Made by a program: the position numbers and the translations under genes. A stretch of DNA of 64,000 nucleotides from Flavobacteriales bacterium (lineage in GTDB: Bacteria > Bacteroidota > Bacteroidia > UBA10329). The stretch spans positions 734-64,733 of the forward strand of contig JAIPBJ010000008.1 in assembly GCA_021739625.1 (NCBI GenBank), read 5' to 3'. Of the stretch, positions 18,428 through 27,179 are shown in pieces. The notes below the pieces were generated by a model. It did not search any database. It was given only the letters and a program-made list of their open reading frames with translations, and was not told where the DNA came from. Position 1 is the first letter of the stretch. Every line of letters begins with the position of its first letter.

Positions 18428-18552
18428 GCTTTGCCGAACTTCCGAAGTTTGACAAAGCTCACTCCGTAGCAGCTTCCTTCTCCGTCCGGTTCCTGAACAC
18501 CATCTTCCCATCGAACACATCCAGCACGATGTCGCTGTCCTTGCTCACCTTG
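18428..18552. repeat. Direct repeat copy B: the functional clpB 3' end plus a 31-nt hairpin
   Basis: This is the partner of 17357-17481. Confidence 0.85.
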
Positions 18553-21074
18553 CCAGCGAGAATCTCCTTGGATAGTTCGTTCATCACATGGCGTTGGATG
18601 ACGCGCTTCAGCGGGCGGGCACCGAATTGCGGGTCGTAGCCCAATTGGGCGATCCATTCCACGCATTCCTCGGTGACATGGAAGCGGATGTCCATCTTCT
18701 TCAACTGCTTGGACAGGATGTCCAGTTGCAGCCTTGCGATGGCCGTCACGTCCTCGCGGGTCAGCGGGGTGAACATGATGATGTCGTCAATCCGGTTGAG
18801 GAACTCGGGCCGCAGGGTCTTCTTCATCAGCTCGAACACCTCGTTGCGGGTTGCTGCCATTACATGGTCGCGCTCGGCATCCACCATGCCTTCCATCCGC
18901 TCCTGTATGATGTGCGAACCGATGTTAGAGGTCATGATGATGATGGTGTTCTTAAAGTTCACCACGCGGCCCTTGTTGTCCGTCAGGCGGCCATCGTCCA
19001 GCACCTGCAATAGGATGTTGAACACATCGGGGTGCGCCTTCTCTATCTCGTCCAGCAGCACGATGCTGTAGGGTTTTCTGCGCACCGCCTCGGTGAGCTG
19101 TCCGCCCTCATCGTAGCCCACATAGCCCGGAGGGGCACCCACAAGGCGGCTCACCGAGTGGCGTTCCTGATACTCGCTCATGTCGATGCGGGTCATGGCC
19201 GTGTCGCTGTTGAAGAGATACTCCGCGAGGGCCTTGGCCAGCTCGGTCTTGCCCACGCCCGTGGTGCCGAGGAAGATGAAACTGCCGATGGGCTTCTTCT
19301 CGTCCTGCAACCCTGCACGGCTTCTGCGCACCGCATCGCTTATGGCCCCGATGGCCTCCTCCTGCCCGATGACGCGCTGGTGCAGCTCGTCCTCCAGGCG
19401 CAGCAGCTTGGCGCGCTCGCTCTCCAGCATCTTGCTCACGGGAATGCCTGTCCAGCGGCTCACCACATCCGCGATGTCCTCTGCATCCACTTCTTCCTTG
19501 ATCATCGCGCTGTCGCCTTGCAGTTCATGGAGCTGCCTGTTGCTCTCCTCCAACTGCATTTCGGCCTCCTTGATCTTGCCATAGCGCAGCTCGGCCACTT
19601 TGCCGTAGTCGCCTGCACGCTCGGCCTGCTCGGCCTGTAGCTTGAACTGCTCGATGTTCTCCTTGGCCTGCTGGATGCGCTCAACGATGTCCTTCTCGTT
19701 CTGCCACTTGGCCTTCAACTGGTCGCGCTCGTTGCCCAATTCGGCCAACTGCTCGTTCAGCTTCTCCAGCTTCTTCTCGTCCTTCTCGCGCTTGATGGCC
19801 TCGCGCTCAATTTCGAGCTGGCGGATCTTGCGTTCGAGGTCGTCCAGCGCTTCGGGCGAGGAGTTGATCTCCATGCGCAGTTTGGCGGCCGCTTCGTCCA
19901 TCAGGTCAATGGCCTTGTCGGGCAGGAAGCGGTCATTGATGTAGCGTTGCGAAAGCTCCACCGCGCTCACGATGGCCTCATCCTTGATGCGCACCTTGTG
20001 GTGGGTCTCGTACTTCTCCTTCAGTCCGCGCAGGATGGAGATGGCATCCTCTGCGCTCGGCTCATCCACCAATACCTTCTGGAACCTGCGCTCCAACGCC
20101 TTGTCCTTTTCGAAGTACTTCTGATACTCGTTGAGGGTCGTGGCACCGATGGCGCGCAGTTCGCCACGGGCCAGGGCGGGCTTGAGGATGTTGGCCGCGT
20201 CCATCGCGCCTTCGCCACCGCCAGCACCTACCAGCGTGTGTATCTCGTCAATGAAAAGGATGATCTCGCCTTCGGCAGAAACCACCTCTTTCACCACCGA
20301 TTTGAGCCTTTCCTCAAACTCGCCCTTGTATTTCGCCCCGGCCACCAGCGCGCCCATATCGAGCGAGAAGATCTGCTTGGACTGGAGGTTGTCCGGCACA
20401 TCGCCATTGATGATGCGATGCGCGATGCCCTCCGCGATGGCGGTCTTACCCACGCCAGGCTCACCGATGAGGATCGGGTTGTTCTTTGTTCTCCTTGAAA
20501 GGATCTGGAGCACGCGCCTGATCTCCTCATCACGACCTATCACAGGGTCGAGCTTACCTTTCTTGGCCTGTTCGTTCAGGTTGATGGCATATTTGTTCAG
20601 TGCGTTGTAGGTGTCCTCGGCCGTGGGGCTGGTCACCTTGCTGCCCTTGCGCAGTTCGGTGATAGCGGCTTTGAGGCCCTTTTCGGTCACACCACTGTCC
20701 TTCATCAGCTGCGCGATGGGGTCGCCTGTGGAGAGCAGGGCCAGCAGAATGTGTTCGATGCTCACATATTCATCCCCGAATTCTTTGAGGAAGTTATTGG
20801 CCTTCATCAAAGCCTCGTTGGCTTTATTGCTCAGATAGGGCTGCCCGCCCGAGATCTTCGGATAGCTTTTCACTTGGCTGTCCACGGCCAGTCCGAAGGT
20901 CTGCACGTTCACACCCATCTTCTTCAACAGAAAAGGCGTGACATTCTCGTCCACATTCAGTATTCCTTTCAGGATGTGGCCTGTCTCAATGCCCTGCTGG
21001 CCGTTGTTCATGGCCTCCTGCTGGGCGTTCTGGACGGCCTCCTGCGATTTGATGGTGAAGTTGTTCAAGTTCAT
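18459..21074 (-). CDS. clpB: ATP-dependent chaperone ClpB
   Basis: The 871-aa protein has a Clp N-domain, two AAA+ modules (GEPGVGKT and GTTGVGKT) and a long coiled-coil middle domain. Confidence 0.97.
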   Translation of the reverse strand: MNLNNFTIKSQEAVQNAQQEAMNNGQQGIETGHILKGILNVDENVTPFLLKKMGVNVQTFGLAVDSQVKSYPKISGGQPYLSNKANEALMKANNFLKEFGDEYVSIEHILLALLSTGDPIAQLMKDSGVTEKGLKAAITELRKGSKVTSPTAEDTYNALNKYAINLNEQAKKGKLDPVIGRDEEIRRVLQILSRRTKNNPILIGEPGVGKTAIAEGIAHRIINGDVPDNLQSKQIFSLDMGALVAGAKYKGEFEERLKSVVKEVVSAEGEIILFIDEIHTLVGAGGGEGAMDAANILKPALARGELRAIGATTLNEYQKYFEKDKALERRFQKVLVDEPSAEDAISILRGLKEKYETHHKVRIKDEAIVSAVELSQRYINDRFLPDKAIDLMDEAAAKLRMEINSSPEALDDLERKIRQLEIEREAIKREKDEKKLEKLNEQLAELGNERDQLKAKWQNEKDIVERIQQAKENIEQFKLQAEQAERAGDYGKVAELRYGKIKEAEMQLEESNRQLHELQGDSAMIKEEVDAEDIADVVSRWTGIPVSKMLESERAKLLRLEDELHQRVIGQEEAIGAISDAVRRSRAGLQDEKKPIGSFIFLGTTGVGKTELAKALAEYLFNSDTAMTRIDMSEYQERHSVSRLVGAPPGYVGYDEGGQLTEAVRRKPYSIVLLDEIEKAHPDVFNILLQVLDDGRLTDNKGRVVNFKNTIIIMTSNIGSHIIQERMEGMVDAERDHVMAATRNEVFELMKKTLRPEFLNRIDDIIMFTPLTREDVTAIARLQLDILSKQLKKMDIRFHVTEECVEWIAQLGYDPQFGARPLKRVIQRHVMNELSKEILAGKVSKDSDIVLDVFDGKMVFRNRTEKEAATE

Positions 21075-21265
21075 GGTTCCCGGTTTTTAGGGTTGTTACC
21101 GATCGGTCATCAAACCCCCGTCCAAGCCGAACAATTCACAATAAATCGGCAACTATGGCATCTGCAACGATTTCAGAATGCCTAATTGGCACTTGTCGCG
21201 GACGGGAGCAGACAGAATATCAGTTCCGACACCATTTTTCCGGTCTGCCGCCTTGCCCAATGCGC

Positions 21266-21703
21266 TTACATCCGATCCACGAACCATTTCAGGGTGCGCT
21301 CGGTCTTCTTGAGATGAAGCGCAGCAGTGATGTTGTTTCTCAACCGCACGAATGCTGTCTCGCTCTTCACCACATAGTCATAGGCCTTGTGGTGCATACA
21401 ATTGATGGCCACATCTATACTGTCCTGCCCCGATAGCATGATGACCGGGATGGTGTCATCGTACGTCTTTATCTGGTCCAGAGTGTCAATGCCATGCATG
21501 GCATCGCGGTCAATGCCGTTGAGCAGATAGTCGAGAATGATGATGTCAGGATTCTTGTCCAGATGCGCTATGCACAGCTCGCCAGTAGCGAAGGTGCTGA
21601 TGATGAATTCGCCCGCTTCGCTGAACTCTATCTCCAGGGATTTGAGAAAAACGGCATCGTCATCCACCAGGAACAGGTGTATCCTTTGGTCTTTTGCGGT
21701 CAT
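21266..21703 (-). CDS. Single-domain response regulator (REC) with a short C-terminal extension
   Basis: The sequence reads MTAKDQRIHLFLVDDD...PDIIILDYLL. The start forms an ATGA overlap with the stop of the upstream kinase. Confidence 0.8.
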   Translation of the reverse strand: MTAKDQRIHLFLVDDDAVFLKSLEIEFSEAGEFIISTFATGELCIAHLDKNPDIIILDYLLNGIDRDAMHGIDTLDQIKTYDDTIPVIMLSGQDSIDVAINCMHHKAYDYVVKSETAFVRLRNNITAALHLKKTERTLKWFVDRM

Positions 21704-23694
21704 GAGGTTTTCATTCGTATGAGTTCTTCGTTCAATTCGTTGCATGCCTGGGTGCAAACATCAGCCAATTGTTGCACAAGTCCTTGCATGTCCTCAGACT
21801 TCTCCTGAGTGCCGGCATAGTCCTGCACCTTGCGGGCCATGTTCTCAAAGCTTTCGTGGATGCCCATGATGGCGAATGAAGGAATCATCTTGTGCAACGA
21901 GGCCCGCAGCAGTGTCCAGTCCTGTTCCAACAGGCCCTGCTGCATGGCGATGACCAGCGCGGGCGTCTGCTCCAGATAGGCATCTATCATCTCCATCATA
22001 AGCACCGGGTTGGCCTTGGTGCGGATGGTGAGGTAGGACAGGTCTATCCGCCTGATGATGCCTCCCACCACCGTGGCCGCCACCTGATCGGTGATGTTGA
22101 TGACGCGCGGCCGGCTCGTGAGGCTCACTATCTTGCTGTAGAGCAAACGCTCGTCCACAGGCTTGGCGATATAGTCGTTCATGCCCACTGCCTTGCATTT
22201 GGCCACGTCCACAGTGGTCACATCGGCCGTGAGGGCAATGATCGGAATGTCCGAGCACATCTTGTTGCGGATATATTCCGTGGCCTCAAATCCGTTCATC
22301 TTGGGCATCTGCAGATCCATCAGTATGATGTCATAATGCTTGGTCTTCAATTTCTCGATGGCTATCATGCCATTGGCGGCTATGTCGCGCTCAAATCCGA
22401 AATCGTCAAGCAACGTCTTCATCAGCAGTTGGTTCAGGGCGATGTCTTCCACCACCAGCACACTGATGCCCTTTATGGCCGTGTCCATTTCCATCAGTTC
22501 AAGGTCCACTTCGGCCTTGGCACTGGTCTTTTGAAAATCGAGTGTGAAACTGAAGATCGATCCCTTGCGCAGCACACTCTCCACACTGATGGTGCCTTTC
22601 TGCGACTCCACCAGTTGTTTCACAATGGCGAGGCCCAGTCCGGTGCCTCCGAAAATGCGCGCAGTGCTGCTCGATGCCTGTTGGAAATTCTCGAAGATGG
22701 CGGCCATCCTGTCTGCCCGGATGCCGATGCCCGTGTCCCTTACCGCAAATTGGATGGTCACGCTCCTGTCGTCCTGCTTCAAAAGGCGCACGCTGATGTC
22801 TATGCCGCCTTCGTTGGTGAATTTCACGGCATTGCTCATCAGGTTGAGTATGATCTGATGCAGGCGCACAGGGTCGCCCACCAGCACCTCAGGTATGGCA
22901 TCATCATAGTGCTTTTCCAATGTCAGGTTCTTCTCCTGGATCTTGGTCTCGAACAGGTGGAGCATGGCCGAGATGGAGGCCGACAATTTGAACGGGGTCT
23001 GCTCGAAGGTCATCTTGCCCGCATCCACCTTGGCCAGGTCCAGAATATCGTTTATCAGCACTATGAGCGCATCGCCACTCATCTTGATGGCCGTGAGATA
23101 TTCCTTCTGCTTGGCCGTCAGCTCGGTCTTGAGCACCACCTTGGTGAATCCGATGATGGCATTCATCGGGGTCCTTATCTCATGGCTCATGTTCGATAGG
23201 AACTGCTGCTTGGCCTTCACTGCATCGTGGGCGATGAGCGTGGCACTTTCGGCCTTCGACTGCGCGGTCTCGGCAATGGAAGTGGCGAGTTCAGCGAACA
23301 CACGGGCCTCTGTGAGCTCCTTCTCGATCCGTTTCTGCTCGGTGATGTCCCGTGCCACCACCACCGCACCGAGCACCTCTCCCTGTTCGTTCTTGAAAAC
23401 GGATCCGTTGAAGAGCACATCGGTCAGTTTTCCGTCCATGATCGTCAATGGATAATCGGCCACAAAGCCCCTTGCAAAAACCTGCTCATAGCCTTCGCGG
23501 GCCTTGTCTGTGTCGGTGAAATAGCTACTGAAATCGGTGCCTATCATCTGCTCTCGCAGCAGGCCCGTTACCAGCACAGAGGCATTGTTCATGTCCATGA
23601 TCTTGCCGGCCGTGCTGATAGTGAAAAGCGGGTCGAGGCTGGCCTCGATCAGGCTTCTTGCATACCGCGACTCTTGCAATGTGTGATGTGTCAT
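21700..23694 (-). CDS. Cytoplasmic hybrid sensor histidine kinase (PAS-HisKA-HATPase-REC-HPt)
   Basis: The protein has an H-box SHEIRTPMNAIIG, ATPase boxes NAVKFT, DTGIGI and GGTGLGL, a REC domain (VLVVEDIALNQ...LMDLQMPKMNG), and a C-terminal HPt-like helix bundle. I set the start at the ATG at 23694, which forms an ATGA overlap with the AraC gene stop. Confidence 0.85.
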   Translation of the reverse strand: MTHHTLQESRYARSLIEASLDPLFTISTAGKIMDMNNASVLVTGLLREQMIGTDFSSYFTDTDKAREGYEQVFARGFVADYPLTIMDGKLTDVLFNGSVFKNEQGEVLGAVVVARDITEQKRIEKELTEARVFAELATSIAETAQSKAESATLIAHDAVKAKQQFLSNMSHEIRTPMNAIIGFTKVVLKTELTAKQKEYLTAIKMSGDALIVLINDILDLAKVDAGKMTFEQTPFKLSASISAMLHLFETKIQEKNLTLEKHYDDAIPEVLVGDPVRLHQIILNLMSNAVKFTNEGGIDISVRLLKQDDRSVTIQFAVRDTGIGIRADRMAAIFENFQQASSSTARIFGGTGLGLAIVKQLVESQKGTISVESVLRKGSIFSFTLDFQKTSAKAEVDLELMEMDTAIKGISVLVVEDIALNQLLMKTLLDDFGFERDIAANGMIAIEKLKTKHYDIILMDLQMPKMNGFEATEYIRNKMCSDIPIIALTADVTTVDVAKCKAVGMNDYIAKPVDERLLYSKIVSLTSRPRVINITDQVAATVVGGIIRRIDLSYLTIRTKANPVLMMEMIDAYLEQTPALVIAMQQGLLEQDWTLLRASLHKMIPSFAIMGIHESFENMARKVQDYAGTQEKSEDMQGLVQQLADVCTQACNELNEELIRMKTS

Positions 23695-24248
23695 TCGGGT
23701 TGTTCTATTGCTGTGTGTCTGCTGGCCTCGTTCTTCAGTGCTCTGATCTGCTTGAAGTGCGATGGCGAATGCCCGGTCACCTTCTTGAACTGGTTGCTCA
23801 GGTGTGCCACGCTGCTGTAGCGCATCTTGAAGGCGATCTCGGTCATGTTCCACTGCCCGTCCATGATCAGTTCCTTCACCCGCTCTGCCTTCTGCGCAAT
23901 GAAGAACTGCTCGATGGTGGATCCCTGCATCTCGGTGAAAAGTTCAGACAGCGAGTGATAGTCGCGTTCCAGCTGTTCGGCCAGATAGGAGCTGAACGTA
24001 CACCGTTGCAGGTCCTCATCGGAATAGACCATGGACATGATCGAATCTTTGATCCTTCCCATGAGCAGGCCCCTCTTGTCGTCCATCATCACCAGACCTG
24101 AGCACAGCAGTCCTGCCCTGAGGCTCTCCCACTCCAATGCAGTGAGGTCTTCCATGATGTCAACCTCGCCCAGGTCCACGACCTTGTAGTGCAGGCCAAG
24201 CTTGTTCAGCTCAACGCGCACTGCTGTTTTGCAGCGTTCACTCATCAT
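23691..24248 (-). CDS. AraC-family transcriptional regulator with a small N-terminal alpha/beta domain (paralog 1)
   Basis: The C-terminal HTH reads ...MTEIAFKMRYSSVAHLSNQFKKVTGHSPSHF. It is clearly paralogous to 26528-27088. A conserved KLYIKY strand lies upstream of the first ATG, behind a CTG codon. Confidence 0.8.
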   Translation of the reverse strand: MMSERCKTAVRVELNKLGLHYKVVDLGEVDIMEDLTALEWESLRAGLLCSGLVMMDDKRGLLMGRIKDSIMSMVYSDEDLQRCTFSSYLAEQLERDYHSLSELFTEMQGSTIEQFFIAQKAERVKELIMDGQWNMTEIAFKMRYSSVAHLSNQFKKVTGHSPSHFKQIRALKNEASRHTAIEQPE

Positions 24249-24294
24249 ATATTTGATGTAGAGCTTCAGAGCCGATCGGCAAAATGGACCGCGT

Positions 24295-24329
24295 CAAAGG
24301 TGACCCGGTCCTTTCGGGCAGCGTTACAC
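24295..24329 (-). promoter_or_regulatory. Promoter-like motif GTGTAAC-N22-CCTTTG upstream of the AraC/kinase/receiver operon
   Basis: The plus strand has caaagg at 24295-24300 and gttacac at 24323-24329. The first ATG is 47 nt downstream. Confidence 0.45.
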
Positions 24330-24428
24330 TATTCCCGAAAGTAATTGCATCATTCCCTCATGGGCCATCAGTTGCCGTTCATCGTGGTTCCTGTCGGCTC
24401 ATGCCCGGACGGGTCCGCAGCATTCGAT

Positions 24429-24641
24429 TCAGCCCTTCTTGGCACTGTAGATCATCAGGCCGCCACCGATCACCATCACGGCTATGCCCACAAAGGGCGA
24501 CCAGGCCATGTTGTGCTTCCTGTCGCGGGTTATCTCTATGGCACCGATGTCCACCACCTTCTCTTTCGTGAAGAAGCTGAACCCTGTGAAAAGGGTGATG
24601 ACAAGTCCGATGATGAGCAGTGCGATCCCTGTGTTTTTCAT
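24429..24641 (-). CDS. Small two-TM membrane protein
   Basis: The 70-aa protein MKNTGIALLIIGLVITLF...FVGIAVMVIGGGLMIYSAKKG lies directly downstream of the 24672-25556 gene. Confidence 0.6.
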   Translation of the reverse strand: MKNTGIALLIIGLVITLFTGFSFFTKEKVVDIGAIEITRDRKHNMAWSPFVGIAVMVIGGGLMIYSAKKG

Positions 24642-24671
24642 GATGATGGTCTTGGTCTGGTTGCTGGTGGT

Positions 24672-25556
24672 CTATCTGATGGATTCGAGTTTGGCCTGCA
24701 CATTGGCCACCACGGTGCGTTGCACTGCTATCTGGGCCTGCATTTCGGTCATGCGGTCGTCTGACGCTATGATGTTGCGCTGGGCCTTGCGGCTGTCCTT
24801 GTTCAGGTCGTCCAGATCGCGGCCTTGCGACTCGTTCAGTTTCTGCAGATCCTTCTTGTCGTCCTTCAGTCCGTCCATGGTCTTCTCGGCCCCTTTCGAA
24901 GCGTTGGGATCCGATGCGGTGGCATCCACCATGTCGCGCTGACCCTCAATTCTCTCTGACTTTGTGGCAATGTCCTGCTCGCTGGTGGTCATTGCAGCAT
25001 TGGTGCGCTCCGAACTGCGGTCGTTGCGTCTCACGGTGCGCACCGAGCGTTCGCCCTCTTTGATGATCTTGGCCAGGGATTTCTCCATCCCTTTCAATTT
25101 ACCGGTCTCGCACTTCAGTTCGTCCTTCACCGCATCACGGTACTGCCCAATGGCAAAGTCGTGCAGGTATTTCTCAACGGCAGGTTCCTGACCGGCCACC
25201 GATTCCTTGGAAATGAAAGCTTTGCCGTCTCTGGTAAGCCATGCTGTGAGCCGCACGCTTCCGATGGTCTCTGTGAGTGTGCTGTGTATGTCGAACGGCT
25301 CGGGCGAGATGTTCTTGTTCACTGCTCCAAGCTGAAGGTGGGTGCCGTTGTTCACAGAGGACTTTCCCTTGCTGCCTTTGCCCACATATCTGTGCCACGG
25401 CTTCTCGGTGGTCTTCAGGGTGTTCTGCGGTATGTCCACAAAGAAGGTGGTCTGTGCGTCAGCCGATTCGGTGGTGGAAGATGCCACGTCTATCTGCGCC
25501 TGTGCGGTGAGGGCACCGAGCGAGAGGATGAAGGCAATGGGAAGTGCGTTTCTCAT
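24672..25556 (-). CDS. Hypothetical secreted protein with a coiled-coil C-terminal half
   Basis: The signal peptide is MRNALPIAFILSLGALTAQAQ. The C-terminal half is highly charged and Lys/Asp/Glu-rich. Confidence 0.65.
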   Translation of the reverse strand: MRNALPIAFILSLGALTAQAQIDVASSTTESADAQTTFFVDIPQNTLKTTEKPWHRYVGKGSKGKSSVNNGTHLQLGAVNKNISPEPFDIHSTLTETIGSVRLTAWLTRDGKAFISKESVAGQEPAVEKYLHDFAIGQYRDAVKDELKCETGKLKGMEKSLAKIIKEGERSVRTVRRNDRSSERTNAAMTTSEQDIATKSERIEGQRDMVDATASDPNASKGAEKTMDGLKDDKKDLQKLNESQGRDLDDLNKDSRKAQRNIIASDDRMTEMQAQIAVQRTVVANVQAKLESIR

Positions 25557-25590
25557 GAGGTAGGTTCTTATGGTTGAATGGTGACGCCAC

Positions 25591-25618
25591 AAATGGACAA
25601 AGGGCCCGTAAGGACCCT
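25591..25618 (-). terminator. Hairpin plus T-rich tract downstream of the first Cys-rich lipoprotein gene
   Basis: The hairpin is AGGGTCC-TTAC-GGGCCCT on the minus strand, followed by TTGTCCATTT. Confidence 0.45.
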
Positions 25619-25640
25619 CTGTCATTATTGCAGCGGAAGC

Positions 25641-25832
25641 CTATCGGCATTCGTAGCCGGCAGCCGTGTAATAGTCCTGTGCAAGGCCATACTCGGTGTT
25701 GTTGCCGTAGTCGGTCTGGCAGAGGCGTATCTCCGGTGAGGAGTCCTTGGTGCATATCTCACAATCGTTGCAAGAGGCAATGCCCATGGCAGTGAAGGCG
25801 ATCATTGATGTGGTGAAAAGTGCTTTTCTCAT
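25641..25832 (-). CDS. 63-aa Cys-rich small lipoprotein (paralog A)
   Basis: The sequence is MRKALFTTSMIAFTAMGIASC|NDCEICTKDSSPEIRLC...GYECR, with the start at the internal ATG at 25832. Confidence 0.6.
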   Translation of the reverse strand: MRKALFTTSMIAFTAMGIASCNDCEICTKDSSPEIRLCQTDYGNNTEYGLAQDYYTAAGYECR

Positions 25833-25878
25833 GATGTTGTTGCTGTTTGGTTGAAATGAAAATGAATTGGAGTGCCGA

Positions 25879-26070
25879 TCAACGGCAGTTGTATCCATCT
25901 GCCTCAAGAAGGTCAAGGGCAAGGTTGTATTCGGTGGCACTACCATAATCGTCCTCGCAGAGGCGCATTTCAGGGGCCGAATCCTTGGTGCAGAGGTCGC
26001 AGTCGGTGCAGGCCGTCAGGCTCATGGCGGTGAAAGCGATCATTGAGGTGGCAAAAAGTACTTTTTTCAT
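25879..26070 (-). CDS. 63-aa Cys-rich small lipoprotein (paralog B)
   Basis: The sequence is MKKVLFATSMIAFTAMSLTAC|TDCDLCTKDSAPEMRLC...GYNCR. By hand alignment, 40 of 63 residues are identical to paralog A. Confidence 0.6.
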   Translation of the reverse strand: MKKVLFATSMIAFTAMSLTACTDCDLCTKDSAPEMRLCEDDYGSATEYNLALDLLEADGYNCR

Positions 26071-26121
26071 GATTGTTGTTTTTAATGTTCGGTTTGTAAT
26101 GGATTTTGGCAGTTGAGACAT

Positions 26122-26274
26122 TCAGATTCTCCTGCCTTGAATGATGCGAAGTATGACCGCCACAAGTGCGATTACCAGAAGGATATGGATCAGCCCACCG
26201 GCATGAAATCCAAGAAAGCCAACAGCCCATCCTATGATGAGTATGACCGCCACGATATAGAGTAGATTTCCCAT
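26122..26274 (-). CDS. lmo0937-family small membrane protein
   Basis: MGNLLYIVAVILIIGWAVGFLGFHAGGLIHILLVIALVAVILRIIQGRRI matches the conserved ~50-aa family pattern. Confidence 0.7.
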   Translation of the reverse strand: MGNLLYIVAVILIIGWAVGFLGFHAGGLIHILLVIALVAVILRIIQGRRI

Positions 26275-26405
26275 GATGCTGTTCTGTTCGGTTAATGTCC
26301 AGTTCTGACGATACAAAGGACTGATTCATGCTTTCGAATTGCTTTATAGAATTATTCCGAAGACTTACATGATTCCCATATTGGATATTCTCTACGGTGC
26401 GATGG

Positions 26406-26413
26406 TATCTTTG
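26406..26413 (+). promoter_or_regulatory. Bacteroidota -7 box TAtcTTTG, 115 nt upstream of AraC paralog 2
   Basis: There is an exact TAnnTTTG match. It implies a long 5' leader. Confidence 0.4.
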
Positions 26414-26527
26414 TCGGTATCCTTCGGGGTCGGAATTCACCGGGAATTTTGGATGGTCTATGGGTTTTCTACAGGGCCAGCTCGCTCTGGTCTGGAATTT
26501 CAAAAGCCGCTCATTGACAATCAGGAC

Positions 26528-27088
26528 ATGAAATTGTACATCAAGTACATGGTCTCCATCCGCTGCAAGATGGTAGTGAAGTCCGAGTTGGACAGACTCG
26601 GTCTGCGCTATGGCGAGGTCCGGCTGGGTGAGGTCGAGGTCTTTGGCGATCTGACACCCGAGCAGAGGTTGCAGCTCCTGACGGCCTTGGCAGCATCGGG
26701 CCTTCAGCTCATGGACGACCACAAGGCCATCTTGGTCGAAAGGGTGAAGCAGGTGGTCATTGAGATGGTCCACTATTCAGAGGAGAGGCCCAAATGCAAT
26801 TTCTCAGACCACCTCAGCAAGCAGCTCAACTACGATTATACCTACCTGTCAAGCCTCTTCTCTGAGGTCAAAGGCATCACCATCGAGCGTTACATCATTG
26901 CCCACAAGATTGAGCGCGTCAAGGAACTGATCCTATATGACGAGCTCAATATCACCGAGATCGCCCAGAAGATGAATTACAGCAGCGTGGCACATCTGAG
27001 CAACCAGTTCAAGAAGGTGACAGGGCTCACACCTTCCTTTTTCAAGAAGATGAAGATCAGAAGAACGGGATCGTTGGATGATATGTGA
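26528..27088 (+). CDS. AraC-family transcriptional regulator (paralog 2)
   Basis: The sequence reads MKLYIKYMVSIRCKMVVKSELDRLGL...ITEIAQKMNYSSVAHLSNQFKKVTGLTPSFF. The start is the internal ATG of the track ORF. Confidence 0.8.
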   Translation: MKLYIKYMVSIRCKMVVKSELDRLGLRYGEVRLGEVEVFGDLTPEQRLQLLTALAASGLQLMDDHKAILVERVKQVVIEMVHYSEERPKCNFSDHLSKQLNYDYTYLSSLFSEVKGITIERYIIAHKIERVKELILYDELNITEIAQKMNYSSVAHLSNQFKKVTGLTPSFFKKMKIRRTGSLDDM

Positions 27089-27179
27089 ATAATGCAAATT
27101 ATCGGATTGATAATGTAATGTCGGCCGTTGGATCTGCCCCTTGCTTTGCAGATCAGATCAAACTCACAACGGCACGGTC

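Noticed and set aside
21187-21200. A sigma-54-like TGGCAC element in the clpB upstream region
   Set aside because: There is no TTGC at the -12 spacing, and the element is on the plus strand, which points away from clpB.
25597-25603. A CCTTTG box upstream of the 24672-25556 gene (and another upstream of the lmo0937-like gene at 26311-26316) as extra members of the stress motif
   Set aside because: Neither has a GTAAC element 22-24 nt upstream. The first is simply the T-tract side of the terminator hairpin of the preceding gene.
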